Below are positions 14,192 to 26,351 of a stretch of DNA of 64,000 nucleotides, piece after piece. The notes beneath the pieces are model-generated. The model searched no databases, was not told the origin of the DNA, and was given only the letters and a program-made list of their open reading frames with translations. Both the position numbers and the translations under genes were made by a program. Source of the DNA: Adineta vaga (taxonomy: Eukaryota; Animalia; Rotifera); NCBI GenBank assembly GCA_021613535.1, contig CP075496.1, positions 14,198,001 through 14,262,000 on the forward strand. Direction: 5' to 3'. Position 1 is the stretch's first letter. Every line of letters starts with the position of its first letter.

Positions 14192-14601
14192 AGCTGCCTA
14201 ATTATAGTTATAATATAAATGGACACTCACAATCATCATATTAATTCGAATATAAATATAAATATATATATATATATATCAATATAGAAATAGATATACT
14301 TTCATTTATAGATAGATATATCTCACCCATGTTAAGTTAGGAATATAGGAATAGATATAGTTTCACTTATACATATATATATATATCATCTTGAGGGTGT
14401 GGGTGTGGGTGTTAGACAGATGTAATACTAACTCCCTCATCCACCGTATTCCTATATTCCTAACTGAACATGGGTGAGGTATATATATATCCATATCTAT
14501 AGGTGTATATCTATATCTATATCTATATCTATATCTGTTGATAGATGTATAGATATATAATAATGAAAATCCATTTATATTATAAGTCGAATTAGGCAGC
14601 T
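14192..14601. mobile_element. Fold-back/MITE-like palindromic element
   Basis: Outer imperfect IR (agctgcctaatt..ataaatgga / tccatttat..aattaggcagct); inner 32-bp IR 14322-14353 / 14447-14478 with 1 mismatch; (TA)n tracts. Confidence 0.7.
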
Positions 14602-16350
14602 ACTCGAAAACATTAGATATTAAAAAAAAAAGAATTTTTTGAATTTTTTGTATTGATTCAATAGTTATTTATATAAGTATGGCAATGGATAATATTCGTT
14701 CACAGTCGATTATTTTAAAATTTACAAGATCGTCTTTCGAATGACGCTTGAAAATGTCTTCATTTTTATCTTGGTTATGACCCAACACTAATTTGAATTC
14801 TCATTGTTTGGATGCTGTGAAATTGTTCAAAGGTTATAGGTGACTATTATATGAATTCAATATTTCTTACAAATATATTTATAGCATTGCAATCAAAATT
14901 GATCAAATCAAACCAGACAAAGTATGTCATTAATTTGCCATCTCTTTTCGATTAATGTTAAATATTATTTTTTAATTCATGTCATATATAATCCTATCTT
15001 TGTTAAAATACCAATATTATATGAAACAAAATTTCCCTTTAGTGTAAATATAACAATTATACTTCTTCAATATATTCATATAGTCAAAAAGTCAGTGATC
15101 AATATGCCATTGATTCGATGAAAAAATGTCATAATATATACGTTGCTCATATATTCTAAAAGAATGTTCATGACAATTGATGGATTTAGAAAGGCAGTTA
15201 ACATCGATTTCTCAAATAAACGAAATCGTCATATTACACAAAGAAACTATTATGGATGTACTACTCAACAACTGAATGATCATTATCATGTATATTTATT
15301 TGAATGCACAGTATGAAAAACTTCAAAACATCTAATGTAGTCGGTTTCATCGACATTGATAATAAATATATTCAAAAAGAAATATGTATGAACTCGAGAT
15401 AGAACGACTTCACCACTAGCAAATCATTGCTACACTTGTAATTCTCTTTATGTCAATGAGAGAATAGAAATGCAGTATAAGTACGTGTCACTATGTAAAC
15501 ACTCTTTGTGTTTACAAATGCATCTCACCGCATTTCATTGAAACTCGAATATATCGGAAATTGCATCCAGATGCGATTTATATACTACATTGTGTCTCTA
15601 CGCATTCGTTCGTTAAGACAGGGATGCACATTTTCTTCTAAAAGTTTCTTTTTTATGTTGAAAGATCTACGAATACAAATAATCTCTCTATCATTAGACA
15701 TCAAACGTCAAATCCAAGAAGCAACTGAATAAAGTTGTAAAACGCGTCATCCACTCTATCTTCATAACAAACACAACTCTCTACCACTCCAAATATAGTA
15801 AAGATTTTCGACTCACTCAGACATTAAACTCAACTCTATTACGAAAAATATTCAAAATAAAGTTCGAAAGTATATTGTGCTACGTTTTCAATCAAAACAT
15901 AATGCTTAACAAACAATTTTCCAGTAGTGCCCAAAAGATCAGCGAAGGAAATGAGTGCAGCAGACCCATTAAAAGTCTTATGAGATCCGCCGACGGTTTT
16001 GTCCTTCTTCGTCATAACCTTTCCATTTTTCAAACTTTTTTAGGAGACATTATTTTGAGCGTACACAGTTTCACAAGGTGCGATATCATACACATCCAAC
16101 TTCTCGAATAACTGATAAACTATGGTGCATTTCAAATACGCGATTTCAGTTTCTCGGACATCTACAAATCAATAGCTTAGACGAACAGCTATCTGTCACA
16201 CTCTCAACTCAACAGTTTTCAACAGAACGCGCTATCACACCACTGGTACGACTTCGAAACACAATAAACATTTATTTTCCACACAGCAGTTTACCTTAAA
16301 AAAACTTCTCCAGAAAAAACCCAAAACAAGCAATGTCCACTGACCCCAAG

Positions 16351-17691
16351 CTACAATATCACCCTGTGTCCTAAAACATTTCGAAGGTATTTCGTTCCTT
16401 GTTCCCTGATTTAATTCACCCGGAGATATAGTTTGGTGAGTGTCCATAGACGGAACAGCTAGCATGGATGTGTCAGTTACGTGAATAGCGAATGAATATT
16501 ACGGTATTTTTACGCAAGGCATCACCAATATGTTGTACTCCTTGGTTGCTGATTTGATTATACTTGAGGTTTAGTTCGGTGACTGTCTATAGACGAGAGA
16601 GAGTATGAATCGGCCACTTAGGTCAAGGACGACTGAATATTACCGTGTTTATTTGCAAGGCATCACCAATATGTTGTGCTCCCTGATCACCGATTTGATT
16701 GCTCGAGAGATCTAGTGTGGTGAGTGTCTATAGACGAGAGAGAGCATGGCTGTGTCAATTAGGTCAAGGGTGAATGAATATTACCGTGTTTGTTCGCAAG
16801 GTATCACCAATATGTTGTGCTCCTTTATGGCCGATATTATGATGCGTGAGGTTTAGTGTGGTTAGTGTCAATCATGTATATAACGTTATATTCGAAATGT
16901 GTTTAAGGTAATCGGAAGTTTAAATTAACATTATTAAACTAGATGTAGCATTCTAAGAGTTGTGGTCGTGGTATGTGAAAGAGGGGAGAAAGTGGTTGGG
17001 TTGGGTGGATTGGGCGAAAAGAAAAGTCATTGCTCAACTGAATATTACTCAGTTATTGTTCGAATCGTCCGATGAGTGCGGTGATTACTGTACTCAAAGT
17101 AATGATACTTGTATATTTTAATAATGGTACTGATTGCTATTTTTGTAGTTTGTTTGGGAGAGATAGTAGTGAGTCGTGGCACAATATAAAGCAGTTAACT
17201 CTGTTTTATTCGGTCGGTTTCAAAGGTAGTTGTTGCATTGTTTAGGAGTTGCAATAGGGACCTTTTTTCGAAGTGGGAAACGTATTTTTTAATTGTTCGG
17301 TTTTGTTCTTGTTCGTTCCATGAGTGTAGGTTGAATAAGATGTATATTCTATGGGCATGGATATAACAGAAGAGGTGAGAGGAAATGTTGTTTTTAACAA
17401 CATGAGTGAATGTTTTGTTCGATACATTCGTTAAAATTGCTTCGGAATTGTGAAATTCGTTTTTACTTTGAGTAAAACAATTAAGTCAGATGTTACGAGG
17501 CTCATGTGTGCTTGACTAGACGAGAAAATAGGTAAAGCACTTAGCAAACTTACTTGGTATCGATGATAAATGTTCAAAATTTGATTAAAACGTTGGCAAA
17601 CATTATGCATTGAACATACTAGTGTATAATCAATCAGATTATCCAAAATTCGATAGACGAGTTCGATAGGTAATGTTGAAAATGTGTACAT
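16351..17691 (-). pseudogene. F-box plus RI-like (NLRC3-type, 28-aa) LRR gene, disrupted
   Basis: F-box-like exon MYTFSTLPIELVYRILDNL..CQRFNQIL (17691-17554); 84-nt LRR exons 16868-16785, 16727-16644, 16586-16503, then 16443-16351; last acceptor AG->GG and in-frame TAA at 16411-16413. Confidence 0.8.
16430..16868. repeat. Tandem repeat, period 141 bp (84-nt exon + ~57-nt intron), about 3 copies
   Basis: gcaagg(c/t)atcaccaatatgttgt recurs at 16514, 16655 and 16796. Confidence 0.9.
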
Positions 17692-18143
17692 ATTCGCTTT
17701 GGATTCCACTAAAGTTTGTAGAGAATACAAGCTATTGAATTTATTTTGCTTGTTATCAGAAGAAATTCGCTTTGCTGAAGGTATTGATTGTCTTTAGTTT
17801 TGTTATTGAAAAAAGAGAATGAAATCTTACGATTTCAATAAAAGCGAATAGTTAGTTAATGCAGTGAGATGGTGTTAGTGTATGCGTCGAGAGGAGTTTC
17901 GTCTGCTGTGTATGAGTGTAGCACACTCTAAAGATTCGTACTTTTCATTAATAATTTGTTGAGTTTCAGAGAAGAATTCATTTTAAGAAAGGATATTTTT
18001 TGCACGTGATATTCAATAAAAGTTCAATCATAAAAAAAGGAAATCTTTGAGGGTAGGTGTCGATAGTTTCTTCTTTTCACATCCACACTCTCATGAACTA
18101 ATTCATTCTATTAGTTCGACGTATTTCAACTTTTGTGTCAAAG

Positions 18144-18290
18144 ATGTCTATCCTTAAAGATAGAAAATTCATTAATTAAAGAAAATAAAGCTGTTTCATC
18201 TTATCGTGATCTACGAGATAAATTTAATCTATGAACAATTGGTGGTGTATCGAATATTCTCAAAAGCAAAAGAAAACACATGAAATTATA
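18144..18290 (+). mobile_element. pogo/Tigger (CENP-B-type) transposase N-terminal HTH relic
   Basis: Broken frame reads SLIKENKAVSSYRDLRDKFNL*.IGGVSNILKSK, resembling the psq-HTH of Tigger transposases. Confidence 0.45.
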
Positions 18291-19887
18291 GACTATAAGT
18301 TCGAGTCTGACTCTCACCGAGTTAACTGAGACTGCTGCATGTCTATGCGATTGTATCTTTAAGATATTTTTATATGATCTGTTTATTCCCCTACGCTTTT
18401 CATTGATTCCAATAGTGTTCTAATTAGACAGGCTTTACTTTATTTTATTTTTCTCAAAGCTGATAGTGGTTCGATTCTGCCTATGTGTTCATTTATTAAA
18501 TTATCATCTCTAGAATGATCAATAGTTTCTATTTTCATATTACTAAAATTTCAATGATGTTATGAATAGATAACGCTCGACTGATTGTAATATCATATTG
18601 TATCTATCAAAATCTATACGATGTCGTTCGTTTTGTAGTCGGTCGTCGTCGGCCTTCCGGACGGTCACTCCCAACTGCTCAAATGGTGGAATCGCATGTA
18701 TGATCACATACAGTTGTACACATCCTTTTCATTAACTACACGTCAACTAGTTAGAGACAGATCACACGTGAGTAACAGCTTATTGTGTCCCAATAGTACG
18801 CGTTGAGAAACGACAAGTCCGTATTACTCTACAAAATCATTCAATCCTATTCAGTTATTATCACATGAGACGGTAAACATGGCGAACAGAAAGGTGAAAA
18901 CGAAAGCGCGTATCTAGCTCGTACTGAAGGGTATAGCAATATTTTTATGTTGTGCAGTCTTTAACTTCTGATCTCGCCCTAATTTCGCTTTCCAATGTTT
19001 AAGACAGTTTCGAAGAACATGATATTTTGATCCTCGAATTTTGACTCTGACATGAAAGGACAAACTTTTTTTTCATATAATCCTTCTTTCAGTCGAGGGA
19101 ATATATACATTACATATTTCATGTAAATGTAAACTAGAAATAATATTAAATGATGAATTTTGTTTTTGTTGAATTTTTAATGTATTTTCATGATATTTTA
19201 ATGATTCTTCATATATCTATTTAATTGATAAAGAATTCGAGCAATATTATTAAAACTAATTGCAATTTGAATATGATCATCAGGATAAATTTGTTCGTTA
19301 ATACTTAAGATTTGTTGTTGAAGTTCAAGTGTTTGGATCTTTATAACGAAAAAAAAATTGAGCTTATGAATTATCGAAATTCATTTGCAGAATATTGATT
19401 TATTTGTTTTGAGCAAACGTTCATAAGAACCATTGACTTATTACCTAAATTACATTGTTCTCAATGAATTACTAACACTAATTATAGGTATTATATTATC
19501 ACATAAATAGACACAAGGAGAATATACTATTTTGTCTGGTAATATTTCAAATTTAACAAAAATTCTCGCTGACTTAATCTTTTGATTATCAAATGTCAAG
19601 GAAATCTTCATAGTACCTTTGTATTTGTCAGAGTTTATGAATAGTATTCATAGTTTTCTAAACGAGCACGACTTTATTAATACATTATCCGCTACATTTA
19701 ATCTTGAGTCAGGTATCGATTCACTTCGATTCATTTAATTTTTTGAATAGAAACTAAATCAATCCTATTATTAATCTTCCTTTCCAACTATCGATAACAA
19801 CTTCATCAAATTTCACGATTAATAAACAACTGAACATTCTCATTTCTTTCCATTCCAGAAAAATACAAAGTTCTTTTATCCTCAATT

Positions 19888-21010
19888 ATGGAATCTTCAT
19901 CGTTTATTTGTCAAGTCTGTGGTGGTTTAGCTAAGAGAAATAATTGTCATTATATGTCATGTATATCATGTAAATCATTTTTTCGAAGATACGCATTGTT
20001 ACCACGAGTGAGTCATTCAATTTTTCTATTGATAAATGTCCTTATTTTTCACTTCGATAGAATATTGTACATTGTCAATATGATTGGAATTGTCGTGTAA
20101 CACCAACAACACGCATGAAATGTTCAGCTTGTCGTTTAATGAAATGTTTTGCCATTGGTATGAATATGAATTTGATTCGATTTAATAATTATCGACAAGT
20201 TTTAATTACTAATCATCAACGATTTACAATGAGACATGAAGATCCTATTTTGTTCAATTCGATCAATCAAAATTCAATCTTAACATTCGAACAATGGCAA
20301 ACTCTGTCAAAGATAATTCAAATCTATGATGAAATGAATCCTATTCATCATATCAAATTATTATTTGAAAATCAAGTATCGCTACTAATCAAATTACGTT
20401 TTAAACCAACAATTATATTGGAAGTTATCAGAATATTTTTTCGAAATACTCAATTAACAATGAAACATTCATCACATTATCAATGAATTATCGTCGAATA
20501 TTATTCAAACGAAATTGTTCAAGTATTGCTATTCTTCATGGATTCGTTGCAATATATCAAGTCAATATGCGTAATGATGATGAAGTTTTTCGAGCTACTA
20601 TTATTCAATTATATGGATCCGCTTACGTCACTAGAATGAAATCAATATATCGAAAATTAGACGAAAATTTAATATTTGTTAAGTTGATGATATTTGTATC
20701 GAATTTTTCAATCAATTTATCAATTGTCACAGTCGATAATAGAGAAGATATGAATTCTGTAAAATCTAGTTCTATTCAAAATATATATATAACTATATTG
20801 TGGAAATATATGGTATATCAATGTAGTTATTTGGAAGCTGTTCGACGTTATGATAGAATGATTAAAATTATGTTAGATATTTTACATAATAATGAGAAAC
20901 TTTATAAAAATCATGCATATCAATGGATGATGAATATCATGGGAAAAGACGATGAATATCAATATTATTTCTGTATTGTACTGTTTTGTATTGTTTATAA
21001 CAAAGTTTGA
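19888..21010 (+). pseudogene. Nuclear hormone receptor-like gene (C4 zinc-finger DBD + divergent LBD) with frameshift
   Basis: CQVCG..SCISCKSFFRR | intron 20008-20060 | CQYDWNC..KCSACRLMKCFAIGM; stop and frame change at 20483-20486 in the LBD region. Confidence 0.75.
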
Positions 21011-21214
21011 TGTGTTTGAATCGAAATATATTACTTTTACGTTTTCATTTGAAACTTTGTTTGGTAAATCTCATAAACTATTTAACATACCTATTTTATC
21101 TCAAGATATAGGAAAACAGCTTCATCGAAGATAAACATAAATGAGATAACGAATGTCTTCTTAGGTATATTTATATGTAGGTGATTCTCATTGATAAACT
21201 TAAGAAAAAAAAAG

Positions 21215-23461
21215 ATGTACAAGTATCTTTTCATATTCTTTTTTCTTAATACTTGGCTTTCATTTACTCAACCAGTTATAATCAAAACAAAACTTAAAAA
21301 ATTGACAACTGTTGAAACTCGAACATGGGAAGAAGCTATTCGTTTGGCGAGAGATTTCGCTGAACAAATGACATTAGAACAACGATGTAATATGACTGCA
21401 GGCGTTCGTGGTCGTTGTGTTGGTTTTGTTACACCTGTACCACATCTGAATTTTGCTGGTCTTTGTTTTCAAGATTCTCCATCAGGTGTTGGTGATCATG
21501 TTCAATTTTCAACAGCGTTTGCACCTGGCATACAGACTGCTGCTACTTGGGATCGTGATCTTTTTTATCAGCGTGCAACAGCTATTGGTCAAGAATTTCG
21601 AGGAAAAGGTATCCATTTTGCTCTTGGACCAATGATGAATATTGATCGAAATGCTCTTCATGGACGTAATTGGGAAGGTTTTGGTGCTGATCCATATCTG
21701 TCTGGTGAAAATTCATTTTATTATGTACAAGGTATTCAAGATCAAGGTGTTGTAGCAACTGCTAAACATTATATTTGTAATGAACAAGAATCGAATCGTA
21801 CATATCATCCAAAAACTGGCCCAAGTCAAGGTTATTCAGCTAATCTTGATGATAAAACAATGCATGAAATTTATCTATGGCCATTTATGGATAGTGTTGC
21901 AGCTGGGGCAGGTTCAGTGATGTGTTCATACAATCAAGTTAATGGTACACAAGCATGTCAAAACGATAAAACTTTAAATGGACTTTTGAAAGATGAACTT
22001 GGTTTTCAAGGAAATGTCATGTCTGATTGGGGAGCAACAAAAGTTGGACTTGAATCAGCTTTAGGTGGATTAGATGTGAATATGCCTGGTAGTGATGATC
22101 TGATGGGTTATTCATTACTTCAAGATATAAAAAATGGATCATTATCAGAAGCGAGAGTTACAGATATGGTTGTTCGTATTATGGCACCTTACTTTTTACT
22201 TGGACAAGATCAGAGTTATCCACCTCTCAATTTAACATACGATGCTATTAGAGATCATCGTATCATTAATCAAGAAGTTGGCACTGCAGGAATGATCTTA
22301 TTAAAAAATATCAATCATGCTTTACCATTTAATACAGATACTGATAAATATTATTCTATATATGGATCAGCAGCAAGCCGTTCTAGTGCTGGTATTGATC
22401 CACACGGTTTACCTGGAATAGATGGTGCACTTTATCAAGGTGGTGGATCTGGTTATGTTCGTCCAACTTATTTTATTGATCCACTGACAACACTTCTTGA
22501 AACTGCACGTGAATTTCATCTTCAAGTACAATATGTTATTGATCAAGATGATTCTGCTTCTATTCATACTGCTTTGACCAACAATGATTTCTTCGGAGGA
22601 AAATGTCTAGTGTTTATCAATGCCTGGTCATCCGAAGGACGTGATCGACAGAATCTCTCTGCATACCATGATGGTGATAAACTTGTGAATACAGTAGCAG
22701 ATCGTTGTGCTTCTACCATCGTAATTGTTAATAGTGTGTCACAGCTCAATCTTGAATCTTGGATTGACCATCCAAACGTAACTGGTGTCATCTGGTCAGG
22801 CTTACCAGGTACTGAATATGGGCCCGCTCTTGTTGATATTCTTTTTGGCCGATATAATCCAGGTGGTAAACTAGTTTTTACTCTCGCGAAGAATGATTCT
22901 GATTATGGCACTAATATTACGAATACATACAATTCCAATTATACCGAAGGTGTTTTCTTAGATTATCGTCATTTTGATAAGTACAACATTATTCCAAGAT
23001 ATTATTTTGGATTTGGACTATCTTATACAACATTTTCGTTTTCACAATTGTTTATTTCAAAAGCTGGCCAAGAAAAACATTCTATGGAGAGAATCTTCCA
23101 CAGACAACGTCGTACGTCGACTTATTCTAATAAAAACTTGTCAAAGTTATATGCAGCTGTTTATAGCATAACATTTACTATTACCAATACTGGTAATGTT
23201 GATGGTTCCGAAGTACCACAGCTCTACTTAGGCTTTCCGTCTGAAGCTGCTGAACCTCCTAAAGTATTACGTGGTTTTGAACGAGTTTATTTATCTGTAG
23301 GTAAATCAAAAACAGTCACTTTAGCTTTAACGCAAAGGGATATATCATATTGGAATGTAATCAATCAAAAATGGACAATTGCTCCAGGACAATATACAGT
23401 TTGGATTTCAACATCGGCCAACAATGCTGATGTTAAACTAAAAGGCTCTTTCAATATTTAA
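21215..23461 (+). CDS. Secreted glycoside hydrolase family 3 beta-glucosidase (fungal type) with C-terminal FnIII-like domain
   Basis: Intronless; signal peptide; GRNWEGFGADPYLSG, KHYICNEQE, YLWPF, VMCSYN, nucleophile motif VMSDW, FGFGLSYTTF, PPKVLRGF. Confidence 0.95.
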   Translation: MYKYLFIFFFLNTWLSFTQPVIIKTKLKKLTTVETRTWEEAIRLARDFAEQMTLEQRCNMTAGVRGRCVGFVTPVPHLNFAGLCFQDSPSGVGDHVQFSTAFAPGIQTAATWDRDLFYQRATAIGQEFRGKGIHFALGPMMNIDRNALHGRNWEGFGADPYLSGENSFYYVQGIQDQGVVATAKHYICNEQESNRTYHPKTGPSQGYSANLDDKTMHEIYLWPFMDSVAAGAGSVMCSYNQVNGTQACQNDKTLNGLLKDELGFQGNVMSDWGATKVGLESALGGLDVNMPGSDDLMGYSLLQDIKNGSLSEARVTDMVVRIMAPYFLLGQDQSYPPLNLTYDAIRDHRIINQEVGTAGMILLKNINHALPFNTDTDKYYSIYGSAASRSSAGIDPHGLPGIDGALYQGGGSGYVRPTYFIDPLTTLLETAREFHLQVQYVIDQDDSASIHTALTNNDFFGGKCLVFINAWSSEGRDRQNLSAYHDGDKLVNTVADRCASTIVIVNSVSQLNLESWIDHPNVTGVIWSGLPGTEYGPALVDILFGRYNPGGKLVFTLAKNDSDYGTNITNTYNSNYTEGVFLDYRHFDKYNIIPRYYFGFGLSYTTFSFSQLFISKAGQEKHSMERIFHRQRRTSTYSNKNLSKLYAAVYSITFTITNTGNVDGSEVPQLYLGFPSEAAEPPKVLRGFERVYLSVGKSKTVTLALTQRDISYWNVINQKWTIAPGQYTVWISTSANNADVKLKGSFNI

Positions 23462-23788
23462 GTGGTGTATTCAAATAAATTTAACTTAGAAATAGAAAGA
23501 CTTCCTCATCAAGAGTTTTTTACTTCGATTGCCATTAAAATATTAACTTATTAACTTATCTTTTCGTAAATGAAAGTCACTTTCTGTTATTTAATATATT
23601 CAATGAGAATCTTTAGACAAAGAATATTACCTAGACGATTGTATAGTTTTAAAATGAAAATGAACTATAACAATGTTCGATTAAATTTGCTGATGAGTTT
23701 GATTTCTTACACTTTATCAAAGCGAAACATTGATAAGAAGATTGATCTCATGCAGCATTACTGATTAGATTCATATATGTAATATTCC

Positions 23789-23925
23789 AAAGTTGACTTC
23801 AACTATTCACTTGGAGTGTTTTGAATAATTGAATACTCGAATCAATAGATTAATTTAACTCTCGAGTTTAACACTGCTAGTTTTTTCAGTAGTGTAATAC
23901 TCGAAAGTTGAATTCAACTATTCAT
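23789..23925. repeat. Short palindromic MITE-like relic
   Basis: Imperfect 22-bp IR aactctcgagtttaacactgct / agtagtgtaatactcgaaagtt, plus direct repeat aaagttga(c/a)ttcaactattca at 23789 and 23905. Confidence 0.45.
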
Positions 23926-24702
23926 TCAGTTATCCACTTGTGCACCCTCCGTAGACGGAGAATTACTCTCTGATAATATACTAATAGTCCGCCGACACCC
24001 ACATCCTCAAGAAACATTAGAAAGGAGAGACAAATATATTGCAAGTTCGACTGTTTTAACGGCAAGAACAACGTTCTTTAAGTGAATCGAAGAGTAAATA
24101 TAATAGGAGAGTTAAAAATTGACTACTACTCGTAAAAACGAAAAAAGGAGGAAGGAAAACTTCCAATATGTCTATCGCGTCGTTTGTTAAAGGTAGGTCT
24201 GCTAAAGTGTCCATGATTTTATTTGAAATACTTAATTATAATGTTTAAACTATTTCAAATGTCTAGAACTCTTTTTAGCAACATTAGTTTATGTGATTTA
24301 AACCGAATCAATCAGTACGTGCAATGCTCTACTGAATGCTTTCCGTGCATAAAAATACTAATTACTTTTGTTTTTGTTTTTGTCTAGAATATTACCTCAA
24401 ACGGGAACAATCCAATTATTCTTCTCTTCTTACATCAACCACCAAGTGAATTCTTATTGTTATTATTGTATTAAATATAATATCTTGATCTTTTTAGAGA
24501 ATCGTGGTCGTGACGGGCTTTCCAGTGTTAATCGAATACTGGAAAAACGTCGTCATACTAGATTAAAAAAGATATTTATTTGGCATGTTTCTCCTTCATC
24601 AGACGAGATATCTTTTATATTATAAAATGATTAAGTAAGACAACTAAGTATATCTCAACTTATATTTATTACATTTAATGGATATTTATTTCGTAAAATT
24701 AT

Positions 24703-25757
24703 TTACTCAAAAACATTACGTTTCGTTTTAATGTCAATTCTTTTTAAAACAGAATTTTCCCGAATGATTTCACTAATTGATGATGTTTCCGTAACATTTG
24801 ATACTAAAGATGCACATTTTTCATCATTTTCTTTTAATAATCCACTGATCATTGTTTGTTCATCGTCTGAATCTGAAGTAAAAATTAAAATAAAAACTTT
24901 TTTGAAATATTTTCATTTCTTTACTTTGTTGAATAAGAGAAGAATTATTTCTATAAGAAAGAAAACAAATGAAATAAATAAAATCTCATGAGAAAAAAAA
25001 ATTACCCAGCAGAATTTGAATGTTTTTTTGATAAAAGTTTTCCATTTGAATCAAATAATTCCGGTCGTAGTTTTCTTAATAAACCAAGTTTTTTCGAATA
25101 AATTTCCTTTAAATTAATATCAGTTTTCTGATTTTGTGATCCTATACAATATTAAATTTAATTATTTGATTAACAAACGAAAAACTTGTTTTATACTTGG
25201 TGAAACTCCAACTGATTCATCAATAAACATTTGTTGTCGATTTTCAAAATCAATTTGATCTTCATGAACAATCAATGGTCGAAGTCTATTCAATAAAATA
25301 AACTTAAAAACAATTCTTCAGTCGAAAAATAAAGATCAACCTTGCTTGTTTTGCAACTTTACGTTTTTTCTGTTGTTTATTTTCAATTGTTTGTTGATTT
25401 TCTAACTGTTGTTTAACTTTTTCATAACAAAGACTAAAATGATTAATCACTTCAATTGTTGAATTTAACAATTCTTCACTTGGATTTATCAAATTCTAAA
25501 TCACAAATAATTTCATTTTTATCAAATCAAACATGGACAAGAAAGAAAAAGGAGACTTTTTTTCTTTGAATAAGATCTTTTGGTTTTGATGATTGTTTAA
25601 ATGGTTGAATTATATAAATATTCGGATCATTTTCATTAAAATCTTTTTCTTCTTCAATTTCTTCTTCTTGTTTTTGATTTGGTGAATTAATTGGTACTAA
25701 TCCACCTAATGTTGATGGATTTGTTGATGCACGTGTTAATGCTGATTTTGTTGTCAT
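24703..25757 (-). CDS. Hypothetical multi-exon protein (ends approximate)
   Basis: MTTKSALTRAS.. spliced to NLINPSEELL..KRKVAKQ, RPLIVHEDQIDFENRQQMFIDES and DSDDEQTMISGLL.. across short GT-AG introns. Confidence 0.55.
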
Positions 25758-26351
25758 TATTCAATCGCTTTCTTTCTTTCTTTCTTTTACTTAGCAATGA
25801 AAAACAAATTTCAATGATTGAAATGTTTGTTGAGTTACCAATACCAATAGAATTCTTTTGCAAAAGAAATTGGAGGAAATAAAGAGCATGATGTCGTATT
25901 CATTCGCTTCTCCGTGTTACATAAAAATTATCAGGATTATTATTTTTATGTAAAAAAAGAAATTAGCTTTGAATTATATCATTAGAATGTATAGAAAGAA
26001 ATGTGACAGACAGATATCTTATGTATTTGTAGAACGAAGGTCTTTTTAGGTTTAATGATCAATATCATTAGTAAAATATGTCTAAATTTTTTGTTTAAAA
26101 ACATATTTTGATAAAAGAGAAAAAATGAATACAAATGAATCTAATATTTTCTTTCTGTCTATCATCATTGAAATAGATGTCGTTAGTAATTCTTTAGTGT
26201 TTTCTATTCATTGTTTTCCATTGGTTTGTTAATTGTTCCAATACTTGATTTTATTTTCCTACTTGCTTTTTCCTCTCTCTCTCTGTAAAATCCTTCACTA
26301 ATATATCATCTTAATCTTGTGAACAGCATATCTATACAATTAATAATTCTA

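Noticed and set aside
14088-14192. WW-domain-like peptide WSEYSDSMSGKLYYTN
   Set aside because: Stops immediately upstream in frame, second Trp missing, no supporting exon structure
14900-16300. Several short ORFs, possibly decayed coding sequence
   Set aside because: No convincing motif; many stops
16430-16868. CRISPR-like regularly spaced repeats
   Set aside because: The whole 141-bp unit repeats and resolves into minus-strand LRR exons with GT-AG introns; no unique spacers or cas genes; eukaryotic context
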